A stretch of DNA of 64,000 nucleotides from Gracilinanus agilis (lineage: Eukaryota), in NCBI RefSeq assembly GCF_016433145.1, contig NC_058131.1, forward strand, positions 696,128,595 through 696,192,594, written 5' to 3'. Each line of letters starts with the position of its first letter. Position 1 is the stretch's first letter. A program made the position numbers and the translations under genes. This document shows positions 10,301-21,745 of the stretch, in pieces. A model generated the notes under the pieces. It made no database searches. It was not told where the DNA came from and saw only the letters and a program-made list of their open reading frames with translations.

Positions 10301-11924
10301 AAAGGTTGTTTAGCCACACTATGGCCTACTTTTAGCTTTTTTGGGGTGTAGTTTTTGTTTCCCACACTTTGCTACACTCTTTGCTGCTCTCACTACTGTA
10401 TTTATTGATGGGCGAGTTCTTCTTATCAATGACCTTCTCAGAGGTGAAACCAAGTAGCTTGGAGTTCTTTTAATTGCATTCAACATCTTCTTCTCGTTTT
10501 TATTTTTTCTTCTAATTTGATATTGATTTTGGACTTTTCTCTAATGAGTCGATGGTTGCTCTGTCCAGAGATGTTGGGGCAGAGATGGCTCCCCGGGCTG
10601 GAAGTCATCTTTTTGGGTCCGTTGAAATCTAGCCAACTTCATTTGTCATGCCCTGCCATGCTTCTGGGTCCAGCATCTCCCTGTTTGTCTTCCGAAAGAT
10701 TCATGAAATTTAAGAAGGAGGTTCTACATCCTCTGCAGGTCTTCGGCACCTTTTCTGAGGCATGTGGACCGCCTTTCCTCCTTCACACTCTCTTCTATCC
10801 ATTTTGGTACTGAAGCCAAGAGGCGCCCGTGCGTATGTGATTGCATCTGGTCTTGGAGACACGAGCCATCAGCAGACTCATTCTACACGATGGCGTGCCT
10901 TTGTGAAAGGATTAAAAAGAAAGGAAATGGCGGTGCAAATGGCGGTATTTCAGACTACCCAGATGTTTAGTGTTCTGCACACCAAGCACAGCTGTTTGGG
11001 GCTAATATTTCAGGGTGCTGAGGCTCATGCTAAGAACATCGGCTTTCACTTGACCCCTTCCTGGGCTTTCCCAGTGTCCGGACAGTCACGTCCAAGCACA
11101 TTTCGGAGGCAGAAATCGTCCGGCGTCCGAGGGTCACGTTTTCTCCTGACTCCGATGCCTTGTTTCCTCACAATCTTTTGGTGCCGATTGGAAGTGGGCT
11201 GCTTCCCCTTCTCTGCCCTTCCTCCCAGCAGCAGAGGATGGCCGCCTCCTTTCTGGGGAGAAGGGGCCGCTGGGCTCTGCAGAGGCAGCCACAATGACAA
11301 AGGATGGAATTAGCATGGAGGTCCAGGTGATCCATGAATATTCATGTGGACAATTTAATCAGCGCCAGCTCATTATCTGCATTTACATGGGAAGCATGTT
11401 CGCAGAATATAAATAAAGATTTCCGAATCCTTCTATTGACTTCTATTGTGTCTAGGCTGCTTCTCTCCATAACCTTCAGTGCCTCGCCTTCTCTGGTGAC
11501 TGGAAATATGGACTCGGCCAGAGCCGGGCTTCACTGGCCTGCCATCAGGGCTCTCCCAGAAGCCGGCTGTTTTCACCTTCCTAGAGGTACACGTAGGCCA
11601 CGGCGGCTTCCCACAACGCGGCTCTCCAGTCTTTAACGCTAATAACACGGCCCACGCTGGGCATTCTCCGTGTAGCCGCGGCGTTGTCGTGGTCTGGGGC
11701 CGGGGCCGATGGGGCCAGGGAGAACCAACCCGGGCCAACAAGGGCCCATTTCCCCTTTCCCACTAACCCTCGGAAGGATGCTGACAATTGGAAAGCGTCT
11801 GGAGGGAGAAACCAAGGCAGTGAGGAATGGCGACCGTGCCATGGGAATGGAGCAATCAGCAAGTATGTTTGAGCATCTCCGTGTGCGCGTGCGTACACTT
11901 ACATATGGCTGCAGGCCGCTGTCG

Positions 11925-12115
11925 GGATGGTGACCAGAGTGCCAAGTCTGGAGTTCAGAAATCCTCCCTTCAGGTCTGGCCTCGGAAAGTGGCCGGCTAG
12001 GTGACCCTGGGCAAGTCATCTAACTTCCATTTGCTTTCGTTAGCTCGAGTGCCAAATGGGGATGAGAAAGCTTATCTTGCAGGGCTATTGTGAGGATCAA
12101 ATGAGAGAATATTTG
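11925..12115 (+). mobile_element. MIR fragment
   Basis: 'gtgaccctgggcaagtcatctaac...ttgcagggctattgtgaggatcaaatgaga' matches the MIR core and tail. Confidence 0.75.
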
Positions 12116-12977
12116 TTAGGGATGGTTCCTGCCCCCCTCTTCGTCTCCACCTCATCCTGCGGTCTGTGGGCTGGACGTGCCCATCGGCACTACGTATCAC
12201 GAGAAGCGTTTTCTGAGAACGGTCTTAGGGATGGTGACGAAGCCGCCTCTGCCTCGGGACGTCTCCTGGCGGGAGAGGCAACACTCCTGGAAGAGAACCC
12301 CGAGGATGTCCTTGTTTAGTCTTTGTGGGGAGAGCACAAGCGGCTGAGGAGACAGCAAGGACGCCCGCCGAAGGGGGTGCAGGAGCAGCGTTTGGAGGGA
12401 AAGCAGAGCTTCACAGGGAGGCGAGAGAGATCACGTTCTGGGCAGGAGGGACCCCCAGGGCCAACACGGAGAGGTGGAACATGGAGATGCCAGGTGCTGC
12501 GGGCATCAGGAGGCCAGTTTGTGTGGTCTGTAGATCGTCCTCAAGAAGGAGAATGATGGAGAGTGCGTGTAACTCCCACCATGGAGTCCTTCTCCGAGAG
12601 TGCCAGCCGCTTCCTGTTTCCATGTGGAATTCTCCGGCCCTTCCTGCTAGGTCCGCATTAACTGTATATAAACTAATACCTAAATAATCCTCACAACAAG
12701 AGGAAGATGAGAAGGACAGGTGGCAGCCAGACGTGCATAGCCATAGATGAACATCCGAGCTTTGCTGTGTAGAGGAGTAACCGGAGGAAGGAATGCAAAA
12801 GCAGACCATGAGGATGCTCATAAGAAGAAAAGTTAACAAGTACTGATTGTGCTTACTATGTGCTGGACCCTGGGGCAAATGCTGCTGACAAAAAGCAAGA
12901 CAAAAAAAGGTACTGCCCTCAGGAACTGCATTTTGATGGTGACCTGCCAATTGCTAGTTACTGAGAAGATATGTACA

Positions 12978-13189
12978 GGGGCAGCTGGTTGGCTCAGTGT
13001 CTGGAGAGCCAGGTCTAGAGACGGGAGGTCCTGGGTTCAAATCTGACCTCAGATACTTCCTACCTGTGTGACCCTGGGCAAGTCACTTAACCCCCATTGC
13101 CTACCCTTACCACTCTTCTGCCTTAGAACCAATACACAGTATTGATTCAAAGACACAAGGTAAGGGTTTAAAAAGATAATAAAAAAAAG
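12978..13189 (+). mobile_element. SINE1_Mdo-type SINE
   Basis: 'ggggcagctggttggctcagtg...aaggtaagggtttaaaaag' with gaagatat on both flanks. Confidence 0.92.
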
Positions 13190-13214
13190 AAGATATATAT
13201 ATATATACATATTA

Positions 13215-13475
13215 CTAACTAACATTTATATAGTGCCTACAATGTGCCAGGAACTGTGTTAAGCATGTTACAAATATCTCAATGGATCCTCACAACAATG
13301 CTGGGAGATAGGTACTATTATTATTTCCATTTTACAGATGAGGAAATAGGCAAATGGAAGTTGAATGACTTGCTCAGGTTCACATAGACAGCAAGTGACT
13401 GAGTCTGGATTTGAACTTAGGTCTTCCTGACTCCAGAGCCAGTGCTATATTCACTATGTCATCTAGTTGTCCTAA
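13215..13475 (-). mobile_element. MAR1/MIR-type CORE-SINE
   Basis: 'acatttatatagtgcc...tttacagatgaggaaa...ggatttgaacttaggtcttcctgactccag'. Confidence 0.8.
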
Positions 13476-13489
13476 CAGATGAAGATACC

Positions 13490-14180
13490 CTGAAAGAGGA
13501 GGCATTAGCATTGGGGGAACAACAAAGACCTCTTACAGAAAGTGGGCTTTGGGCTAAGCCTTGAGGGAAGACTGGGAGACCAAGAGATGGAGGCAAGAGG
13601 TTAGAGCATCCCAAACATGGGGTTTCCCTCCATAATCTCCACTTGATCCTGTTTATATCTCATTTGTATATTGTTGCTTTTACATCATCTCCACCATTAA
13701 CGTGTGAGTTCCTTGAGAGCAGGGTCTGCCTTTTGCCCTTTCTTTGTGTCTTTGACTGACTGAGGAACAGAGCAAGGAGATGATGTGTTGTGCTTGATTT
13801 GAGAAAGGCTTGAAGCTGGGAGACCAATTAGGAGGCTGTTGCAGTAGTCCAGGTGAGAGGTGATGGGGCAAGTGTCACCCCCCCCCCCCGGGAAGAGACT
13901 ACAAAGCCCTGCACTCATTCTTTGCAGGCATGTCTCAGTCTTTCCAGGGCAGAGAAAGAGGCTGTGAGTATTCACAGTAGGATGGAGAAAAGTTGATGGC
14001 TATAAGAAATGTGGAGGAACAAGGCTTGGCACCAGATTGCACATGGGGTGAGTGAGAATGAGGAGTCAAGGATGACAATAGGGTGGAACATCTGGTGGCT
14101 GGAGGGCAAAAACAGGAAGTTTGGAAGGTCTGGGAATCTGGGGATAAGATAATGAATTCTGCAAAAGGATTATGAGGTGG
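13490..14180 (-). mobile_element. L2 fragments, with a nested sense L2 tail at about 13630-13780
   Basis: 'gctgggagaccaattaggaggctgttgcagtagtccaggtgagaggtgatg' is a diagnostic L2 antisense motif. The nested tail carries 'gttccttgagagcaggg'. Confidence 0.75.
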
Positions 14181-14579
14181 CCATCCCATCGGCACAGATC
14201 CATCGCTGAAGCCTGAGAAGCGGCGCATCGATTGGTAGGAGAACCAGGAGAGAGTAGTACCAACACCTCCATCCCCAGCCCCCAAACTATTGAGAAAAGA
14301 AGAGAATGATCAACAGTGTTAAAAACTATCCATAAATAAAAAGTATCAGGCCAATTAGCATTTCTGAGGTGGCTGTTATGTGCCAGTTATTGTGCTAATG
14401 TTAGTCACTTAGGTAAGAATAGAGAAAAGGCTAGAAAAATTGGCTACTAAGAACAGGGAGTAGATGAAGGAACAGACATTGACTTTGATCATAAGCAGTT
14501 TCAAAAACATGTCAACAAATGACCGTAAAAAGGAAACGAAAAGAACTTAGTAACAATCAGCCAGACGGTATCTCCATAA

Positions 14580-15160
14580 AACAAGATTTGAAGGGATTTC
14601 ATGTGATTTTGAATGGAACTAATAGGGTCCATGTATTCCAGAAATGAGGATGCTACTCTTGTGCATTCTGTCCTGTTCAGATCAGTCTGAAGTGGTGCAC
14701 ATTTCTGACCATTCCATTTTAGGAAGTTAGGTATGAATAGGCCAGAGTGCCTAGAGATAAACTATAGAATAACTGACTGAAGGGCACTAGAAAACTTTAG
14801 GCTGTCAAAGAGAAGCTGGATGTAGGGGTGGAGCATGGATGATATCTATCTTCAGGTATCTGAATGGCCATAATAAAGAAATATTAGACTTGTTCTGTTG
14901 GGTTCCAGAGGAATTACTTTGTGGAAGTTGAAAAAAAAGAGGCAATTGCAGTCTGATGTAAGAAAATCATTTATTTACAATTAAGCTATCTCAAAGTGGA
15001 AAGGGGGCGTTCTCAGCACATAATGGGTTACTCTTCCCTGGAATACTTCTAGTAAAGACTCAGTGACCATTTGTTGGTGGTTGTGAAGGGATTGTTTTTT
15101 AGATATGGATTGAACTCATTAAGCCTGAGATCCCTTCCAACTGATGAATTCTGTGATTTA
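14580..15160 (+). mobile_element. L3/CR1 3' end
   Basis: 'ttcaggtatctgaatggcc', 'gacttgttctgttgggttccagagg' and the terminal 'tgagatcccttccaactgatgaattctgtgatt'. Confidence 0.8.
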
Positions 15161-15689
15161 TTGCCAAGTGGAGTGATGTGGCATCCAGGAGAGGCAAAGG
15201 TTTAAAATACAAACTCATTTGAAAATCTATTGGAGGAGAATGTGGAAACTTATAAACAGTGTTGCCTCATCAGAAGACAGAAGCAGTTTGAGGATAAGCA
15301 AGTTTAGAAAAGTGGGGCAACAGATCCATCCAAGCCTTATCATCCTGAGGCCATTTAAGGTTGAAACTGGAATGAGGACAACAAACAGAAAAAAGGAGAA
15401 AACTGATTCAACAACCCTCTTATTTCATTCTTGATGACAGTAAAGACGTCAATCTGGACTCTAATCTCATGGTCTTTGCTTGCTGAGCAGGAATGTCCCT
15501 GAAGAAAACAAAAAACGAAAGGAGAAATTACCTGGACAAGACAGAGGGAGTCATCATTGAAGGGGAACAAGCTTTTGAGGTTGTTGAATAAAGGAGTCTT
15601 CAGGTATCTGAAAGTGGGGCTTCTTTGAATTCATTCAACCTATATTTATTACCCAAAAGAGATCCTAGGGACAGCTATCTGCCAACCCC

Positions 15690-17572
15690 CAGGATACTGT
15701 CCTCTCTTCCTCAATGACTCATTCTTTCTCTTCCTCAATTCCTGCCCTTCTAGTAAGGCCAACGACATTCATATTAATATTCCCTCAAACATCCTACCCT
15801 CCGCGTTCCTCAACTTACCCCTCTGCCATACCTCATCTACATAGATAGTCATGATTGTTCTCATCATTAACTGGGAATACATCGCTTTTATAGTCTCTGA
15901 AATCCCGATTGGAGGATCACAGATTGCTTTCCAAACCCTAATCCATTTTTTGATCTTCACTATGATTTCCAAACTCTGCCCCTCTCACCTCTTTTCCAGG
16001 CCACCGACCCTGCAATATCTATGTTCTCAGGCTTGGTGAACAGTTCAAGTGTACGCTATCTTTTTCTCTTGATTCTTTGTCCCATTTCCCTATCATTGAA
16101 GATGCCCTGCCAGGCCCTAGTTTTGAATTACTTATCACTATCCACTTCCTTCCCTCCCGTTCACATGCTGTTAAAAACTGGGTTCACTACAAATTTATGT
16201 TACATAATCTCAACTGGGCCCTCCCCATGGCAAGGCAATCCTTACACCTCTTTAACCGATTCACTAGCTCACTCCCCACAGCAGCTTTTCCAAATATTTT
16301 TATCCTTCATTAAACTTTCCAAGAGTCTCTCTCCCATGCACTCTCAGCAGACAATTTGCCTCATATTTCCCTGAGAAAATAAGGCCATTCATGAGATCTC
16401 CCTGTTCTCCCTTCCTTCTCATCTCACAAGCATCAGATGACTTCTGCCACCAACTCCTTCTCCACTCCGGTATCCCAGGAAGAGGTGGCCCTTTATCTTG
16501 CCAAGGCAAATTCCTCCATATGCATAAGGGATCTTACTTACCCTGTCCATCTTCTCCAGTGGCTTGATCTTAATCTTCAATTGCTTCCAAAATGCTGACT
16601 CCTTCACTACTGCCAAGACATATACCCATTTCTTCCCCATCCTCAAAACCCTCTCACTTAATCCTTCCATCCCCAATAGGTAGCACCTCATATCTTTCCT
16701 CTTTTGGGTGGCCATCCCTCTCCCCCTTAAGGCAATATACAGTCAGTGCCTCCACTTCCTTTCCTGTCACTCTCTTCTTAACTCCCTTCAGTCTGGTTGG
16801 CTTCTGACTTTATCCTTCAACTAAAAGTGCTCTCTCCAAAATTAAAAGTGATCTCTTAGTTGCAAATCTACTAGTTTTTGCTCAGTTCTCATCTTTGACT
16901 TCTCTGCAGCCTTCCACACTGCGGATCCTCCTTTTCCTGATACTCTCTTTTCACTAGGTTCTTATGACCCTCGGGCCTTCTCTTACCTTCTGAACAGCTC
17001 CTACTCACTTTTCTTTGATGGATTTTACTTCAGTTCACAGATTCAATGAATCTCCCCCAAGATGCTCTCCTGGACCCTTTTCTCTTCTTCTCTGTACTAT
17101 TTCATGTGGTAATGGCATTAATTGCCATGGGTTCGATGATCATTTATCTGCTGATTATTGGAGGACTCTCTTATCCAGCTCTGATTACTCTCTTGACCTC
17201 CAGTTATGCATCCTTGACTCCATCTGGGATCAAAAGAATTAGATCTTTCTGTTTCTTGCATAAGACATTCTATTTTCCAACTCTGTGTATGATCATTGGC
17301 TGTGCTCTGGTCCTGAAATTCTCTTCCTCCTCACCTACCCCTCCTGGCTTCTCTGGATTTCTTTAGGCCTCAGCTAAAATGCCACCTTCTGTGATAAGAC
17401 TTTCCCTCTTCTCCTTAGTTTTAGTGCTTTTTCTCTGAGATTATATCTAATTTATCCTAGCTTTGATTTTTACACAGCTGTGTACTCTTTGAAGGTAGGG
17501 ACTTTTTTTGTATCCCAAGCATGCAGCACAGTGTCTCATATACAGTAAGTGCTTAATAAATGATTATTGACT
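15690..17572 (+). mobile_element. Long L2 LINE 3' portion
   Basis: Pyrimidine-rich L2 ORF2 remnant (for example 'actaaaagtgctctctccaaa', 'ttgacttctctgcagccttccacact') ending in 'gtaagtgcttaataaatgattattgactg'. Confidence 0.85.
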
Positions 17573-18808
17573 GTGGGTAGATGCCAAAGAATCTGGAAAA
17601 ATCTTGGACTATATTATTACCAAAAAAGAAGTAACCAACGAACATTGAATACTATCAGTCCATACGCCTACTTTTTTATACCTATAACATTTTATGAGAA
17701 TCACTTAACCCATCTGATAAAATGTCTGATAAATATATGAGAAAGGAATAGATAGATTTTCAGAAACAATATTCCACTGAAAACAACATCTTTATAAGTA
17801 CACAATTCATTGAAGGGTGTAGACAATGTAAAGTCACGCTGCTTATTATTTCTTAACTATTAAAAACAAAACCACTCAATGTGGTAAACCAAAATGCCAT
17901 CTGAAAAGCTCTCCTGTAGAATGGTAACTCACCTGCATTGGTTAAACCATTCAAGGTTCCTTTGAAGACATGGCAGAGACAGCTTTGCTGAATGAATGTT
18001 TGCTTATTAAAATCAAATGGAAGCATTAAATAGATTCTTCTAGAAGACACTTGTTACCTCCCACCCCTGGCATTGAGAACAGGGCTTCATAGTCACTACC
18101 TACTAAGTTAACTTTTCTTTTCTAGGAAAAAATCTAATTGAATTCTGTTTTTTTAGAAGACTCTTGAAAAGGGTCTAATTCTGGAAACATTTCCCATTTT
18201 TTGTCCCTTCTGGAAATCTTTAGGGAATGTAGCACTCTTCTCTGGGGTCTAGAGATGGAATTTACTCATTAGTGAGGAGGCGGTAACTTCCTTTGAAGGA
18301 GTCTGGATTTCCTGACCTTATTGTAGAAAGAGAAGTGGCATGGATTAGTGGATCGGAGCTGGCTTTAGAGACAAGAGGACCTGGGTTCACCTTTCCCCCC
18401 TACTGGCCTTGTTTCTCTAGGGAAGTCCCCTGACCTCTCATTTCTCTAAGTAAGTCTGTAAGACTAAAAGTGGCAGAGGTGATGCTGAGCCACACTAGTA
18501 AAAGTTTCTCCTTGGAAGTTCTTATAACAATAAAATGATGGCTCCAGTCCCTGGCCTCTTCGCACGATGGTGTTTATACTCTGGCCACCATCTTCAAATT
18601 TTTCCTACCACAACCTTGTTCTCTATGCCTAAGTTCCCCTGCTTTTCTTTTCTTTTGTTTTTTTCCTCTTGCTCGGAGCCTCATCACTTCCCAGCTATCT
18701 CCAAACCTCCAATATTTTCCAGTTCCTCTTGCCTTCCCCATTAGAATTAAAGTTCTTTAAGGATAGGGAATTTGAGAAAGGGATATTTCATATATAGAGA
18801 TGGCATGN

Positions 18809-18840
<32 letters not shown>

Positions 18841-18900
18841 CTATCTCTTTCTTCCCCAGATTTCCAGTGGGTTTGATTACACACACACACATACACATGT
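18809..18900. repeat. (TC)n/(TA)n and (CA)n microsatellites
   Basis: Directly visible. Confidence 0.9.
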
Positions 18901-19131
18901 AAGAACTCTTGTTTTAGAAAGATGGCTTCTTATATACCTTCTTTTTAAATATTTTAATTTATTAGAATGTTTTTATGAGATGATTTGTGCTCAGAGGGAA
19001 AAGTATGATCCTTTACCTTCTAACTGTGGCAAATTTCTCTCTCTCTCTCTCTCTTTCTTTTTTTCATAAGAACAGCTCTTTGCAAGGACTTTATTTGGTT
19101 GCAAAATAACCAGACAGTGAGAGAGAGAGAA

Positions 19132-19278
19132 NNNNNNNNNNNNNNNNNNNNNNNNNNNNNNNNNNNNNNNNNNNNNNNNNNNNNNNNNNNNNNNNNNNNN
19201 NNNNNNNNNNNNNNNNNNNNNNNNNNNNNNNNNNNNNNNNNNNNNNNNNNNNNNNNNNNNNNNNNNNNNNNNNNNNNN
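19132..19278. other. Assembly gap (N run)
   Basis: Run of n after a (GA)n tract. Confidence 1.
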
Positions 19279-20279
19279 GTAGAAGAAATAAGAAAACCAG
19301 TTCTTGAGAACAATGCACACTTTAGGGAGGGCACCAAGAGTTGGGTTCCTAACCAAGAGGGGCCAGCTGTGGTTCAGAGAGTTGTTCTCCTCCTGATTCT
19401 GTCTCAAACTTGGCTTTTGTCTCATTCAGCCTAGGTTTGGTTCTGAGAGATGCCACTGTATCTAGAACAAAGAGAGATGGGAGTGGTCTCCACATTCAAA
19501 TGCAGGCAGCCCTTTTCTCTAGTCTATCCACTTAGCAGACTGAACCCCTCAGATTTCTACCACAAGGCCAACCAATCCCCTCTCCTTGGTGTTATTACAG
19601 CAGTCACAGATCAGACTTGCCAATGGGCTGGCTTTTCTCAGACCATTTTCACCTTTAATGAGATTCTCACTTTGAAAATGCTGAGATACCTGCAATGTGC
19701 AGTTGAAAATGGATTTCTTCCCAGTCTTTCCTTATGTGTCTTGGAAACAAAACAAAAAAAAGGCTGATTTAAAGAATTCTTCCTTGTCTCTCATGCAGCA
19801 AATAGAAACAGTGGGTGAAAGCAGTAGAGTGGTAGAGGCAAACCGAGTTTAGATACAAAGTAGAACTGCTGAATTCTAACTTTCCAAAAGGGGGCTCATA
19901 GGGACATAGGATTATGGGATGGGAGTCATCAAGTTGGTAGAGAACTACCGAAGTTACATGACTTGCCCAGGGTCATCCAGATAAAAAAGTGATCTTGCCC
20001 ATAAGAGCTTACAGCCTTCCAGGGGTTAGCTAACATGTTGACATATAGGTAAATCCACTGATTTGGGAGGGGGCATTCTCTCTTACCTGTAAAGTCTTTG
20101 GTGGGGGTTCATGACTGATGGTTTTGAGTGGATTTGGAGAACCCTTTGAACTAAGAGTAGACTTGTCCGAGACATGCTCTTCACTAGTTGGGGTTGAAGC
20201 ACCCCCCAAGTACTTCACAAAAGTGGAGTTTATTTAGGATAAAGAAAGCCCAGAGGTGAAAACTTCCTTTTTTCTCTTG

Positions 20280-20490
20280 AATATTTTCCCCTCGTTCCAT
20301 GTTTCATGTTCTTTCCCTCTCCCCAAACTCCCCCAACCCCCTGTAGCCGATGTGCAATTCCGCTGGGTTGTTACATGCATCATTGATCAAGGCCTGATTC
20401 CATATTATTGATGGTTGGACCAGAGTTACCGTTTAGCGTCCACATCCCCAATCATATCCCCATCAGCCCATGTGATCAAGCAGTTGTCGA
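20280..20490 (-). mobile_element. LINE-1 3'UTR fragment
   Basis: 'ctgggttgttacatgcatcattgatcaaggcc...ccccatcagcccatgtgatcaagcagttg' is the antisense of the tail seen at 62200-62330. Confidence 0.85.
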
Positions 20491-21654
20491 AAACTTCCTT
20501 TTTGAACCATCAAAAGCACGTCCAAAAGGCCGGAGCCCATTTCCGAAAGCCCCTGCTAAGTGTCTCTTCCCAGCAATGGTCTGTTTAGTTCATTTCTCGG
20601 TTGACGGTTGGTTGATTGAAATCTCCTCAAACAGACACGCAATGCGTCCCGAGGCTTTCTCTGGACTCCGGCTGTCCTTGACCAAGAGGGGGCTGTGAAA
20701 AGGCGCTCTAAGAGCTCTCAAATAAAGGGACACACGGAGGAGGAGAACAATGCTTCCTGCTTGGTTTGATTTCAATGTTTGTGTCTTAATTCTTGACATA
20801 TTATTCCATCATTGAAAAAATCCTCTTTTTTGCTAAACCTTAGCCTTAAACATGGCTTCGAAGACCATCGGTGAGCGCGCCGTCTGCGTGCAGTTTTGTG
20901 TGGTTGGTAGGAGAGACGGGCTAGGTTGGCTCAGGTCCCTGGAGATCACAGTCTAGTGGGAATGAGCCGTAAACACAGGTGCAAATGACTCCCCACATTC
21001 ACTGAGAAGTGCGTTAGGGAGGTTCAAAGAGCTCGGGCATAGCGAGAGGGCAGGTCCTTAAAAGTCACGGTGCGGAAGACTCACCGAAGGTTTCTTGGGC
21101 AACGTGGCGCTGAACGGATGGGAGAAATGAGCTGCAGGTGTTTGAAAGAGGGAGCAGAGAGCCTGAGCAGCACGCTCAAGTCAGCGGGGTGGAGGCCAAG
21201 GAGCGCAGGGCGCTGCTGGTGCAGAAGCTTCCCTCATCAGATGAAGGTCGGCACCTCCCCTGTGGCATAAAATCCAAGAGGCTAAGTGATTCTCCCCAGT
21301 TCCCCAGCTGGTGAATATGGTGGGCTGGCCACTCCCGGAGATCCGCAGCATTTCAGCAGAGGCCCTCCGTGGGCTGTGCTCCATCGATCTCTGTAAAAAG
21401 CGTTTCATTAAAACAAAAGTCTGGAGACAACCACCATCCCCACCGACCCACCTCCTGCACTTCGGCTTTGTGACAACATACGTGGTGACCTTGCCATCTG
21501 CCTGGCGCCAAACCCACAGGGCCCGGCTCTGCCCACTCTGCCCTCAGCTGCATCTCCTGCAGAAAATGTTTGAGATCCAGGAAGGCAGGACTTGACTTCT
21601 TTGTTTGTCTCTGTAGTGATTAGCACAATGCTCGTCTAGGTTTAGCACTCTATG

Positions 21655-21745
21655 CTATTCATTCATTCATTCGTTCATCCATCCATCCATTCATTCATTT
21701 AACCGTCCATCTATCCCCACACCCATCCATCCATCCATCCATGAC
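21655..21745. repeat. (TTCA)n/(TCCA)n tetranucleotide repeat
   Basis: Directly visible. Confidence 0.9.

Larger units (their letters stand above)
8860..11290 (-). mobile_element. Marsupial RTE LINE, 5'UTR to 3' end, internally deleted and interrupted by younger insertions
   Basis: Minus strand shows a 5'UTR-like 'gacgccggacgatttctgcctcc...gcccaggaagggg', endonuclease remnants including SNHRLIREKSKINIKLE (RTE SDHRLVRAKIKIN), and the 3' end 'gtttgtgatcccaattggagagagtcccc...gatgagatc'. Confidence 0.7.
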
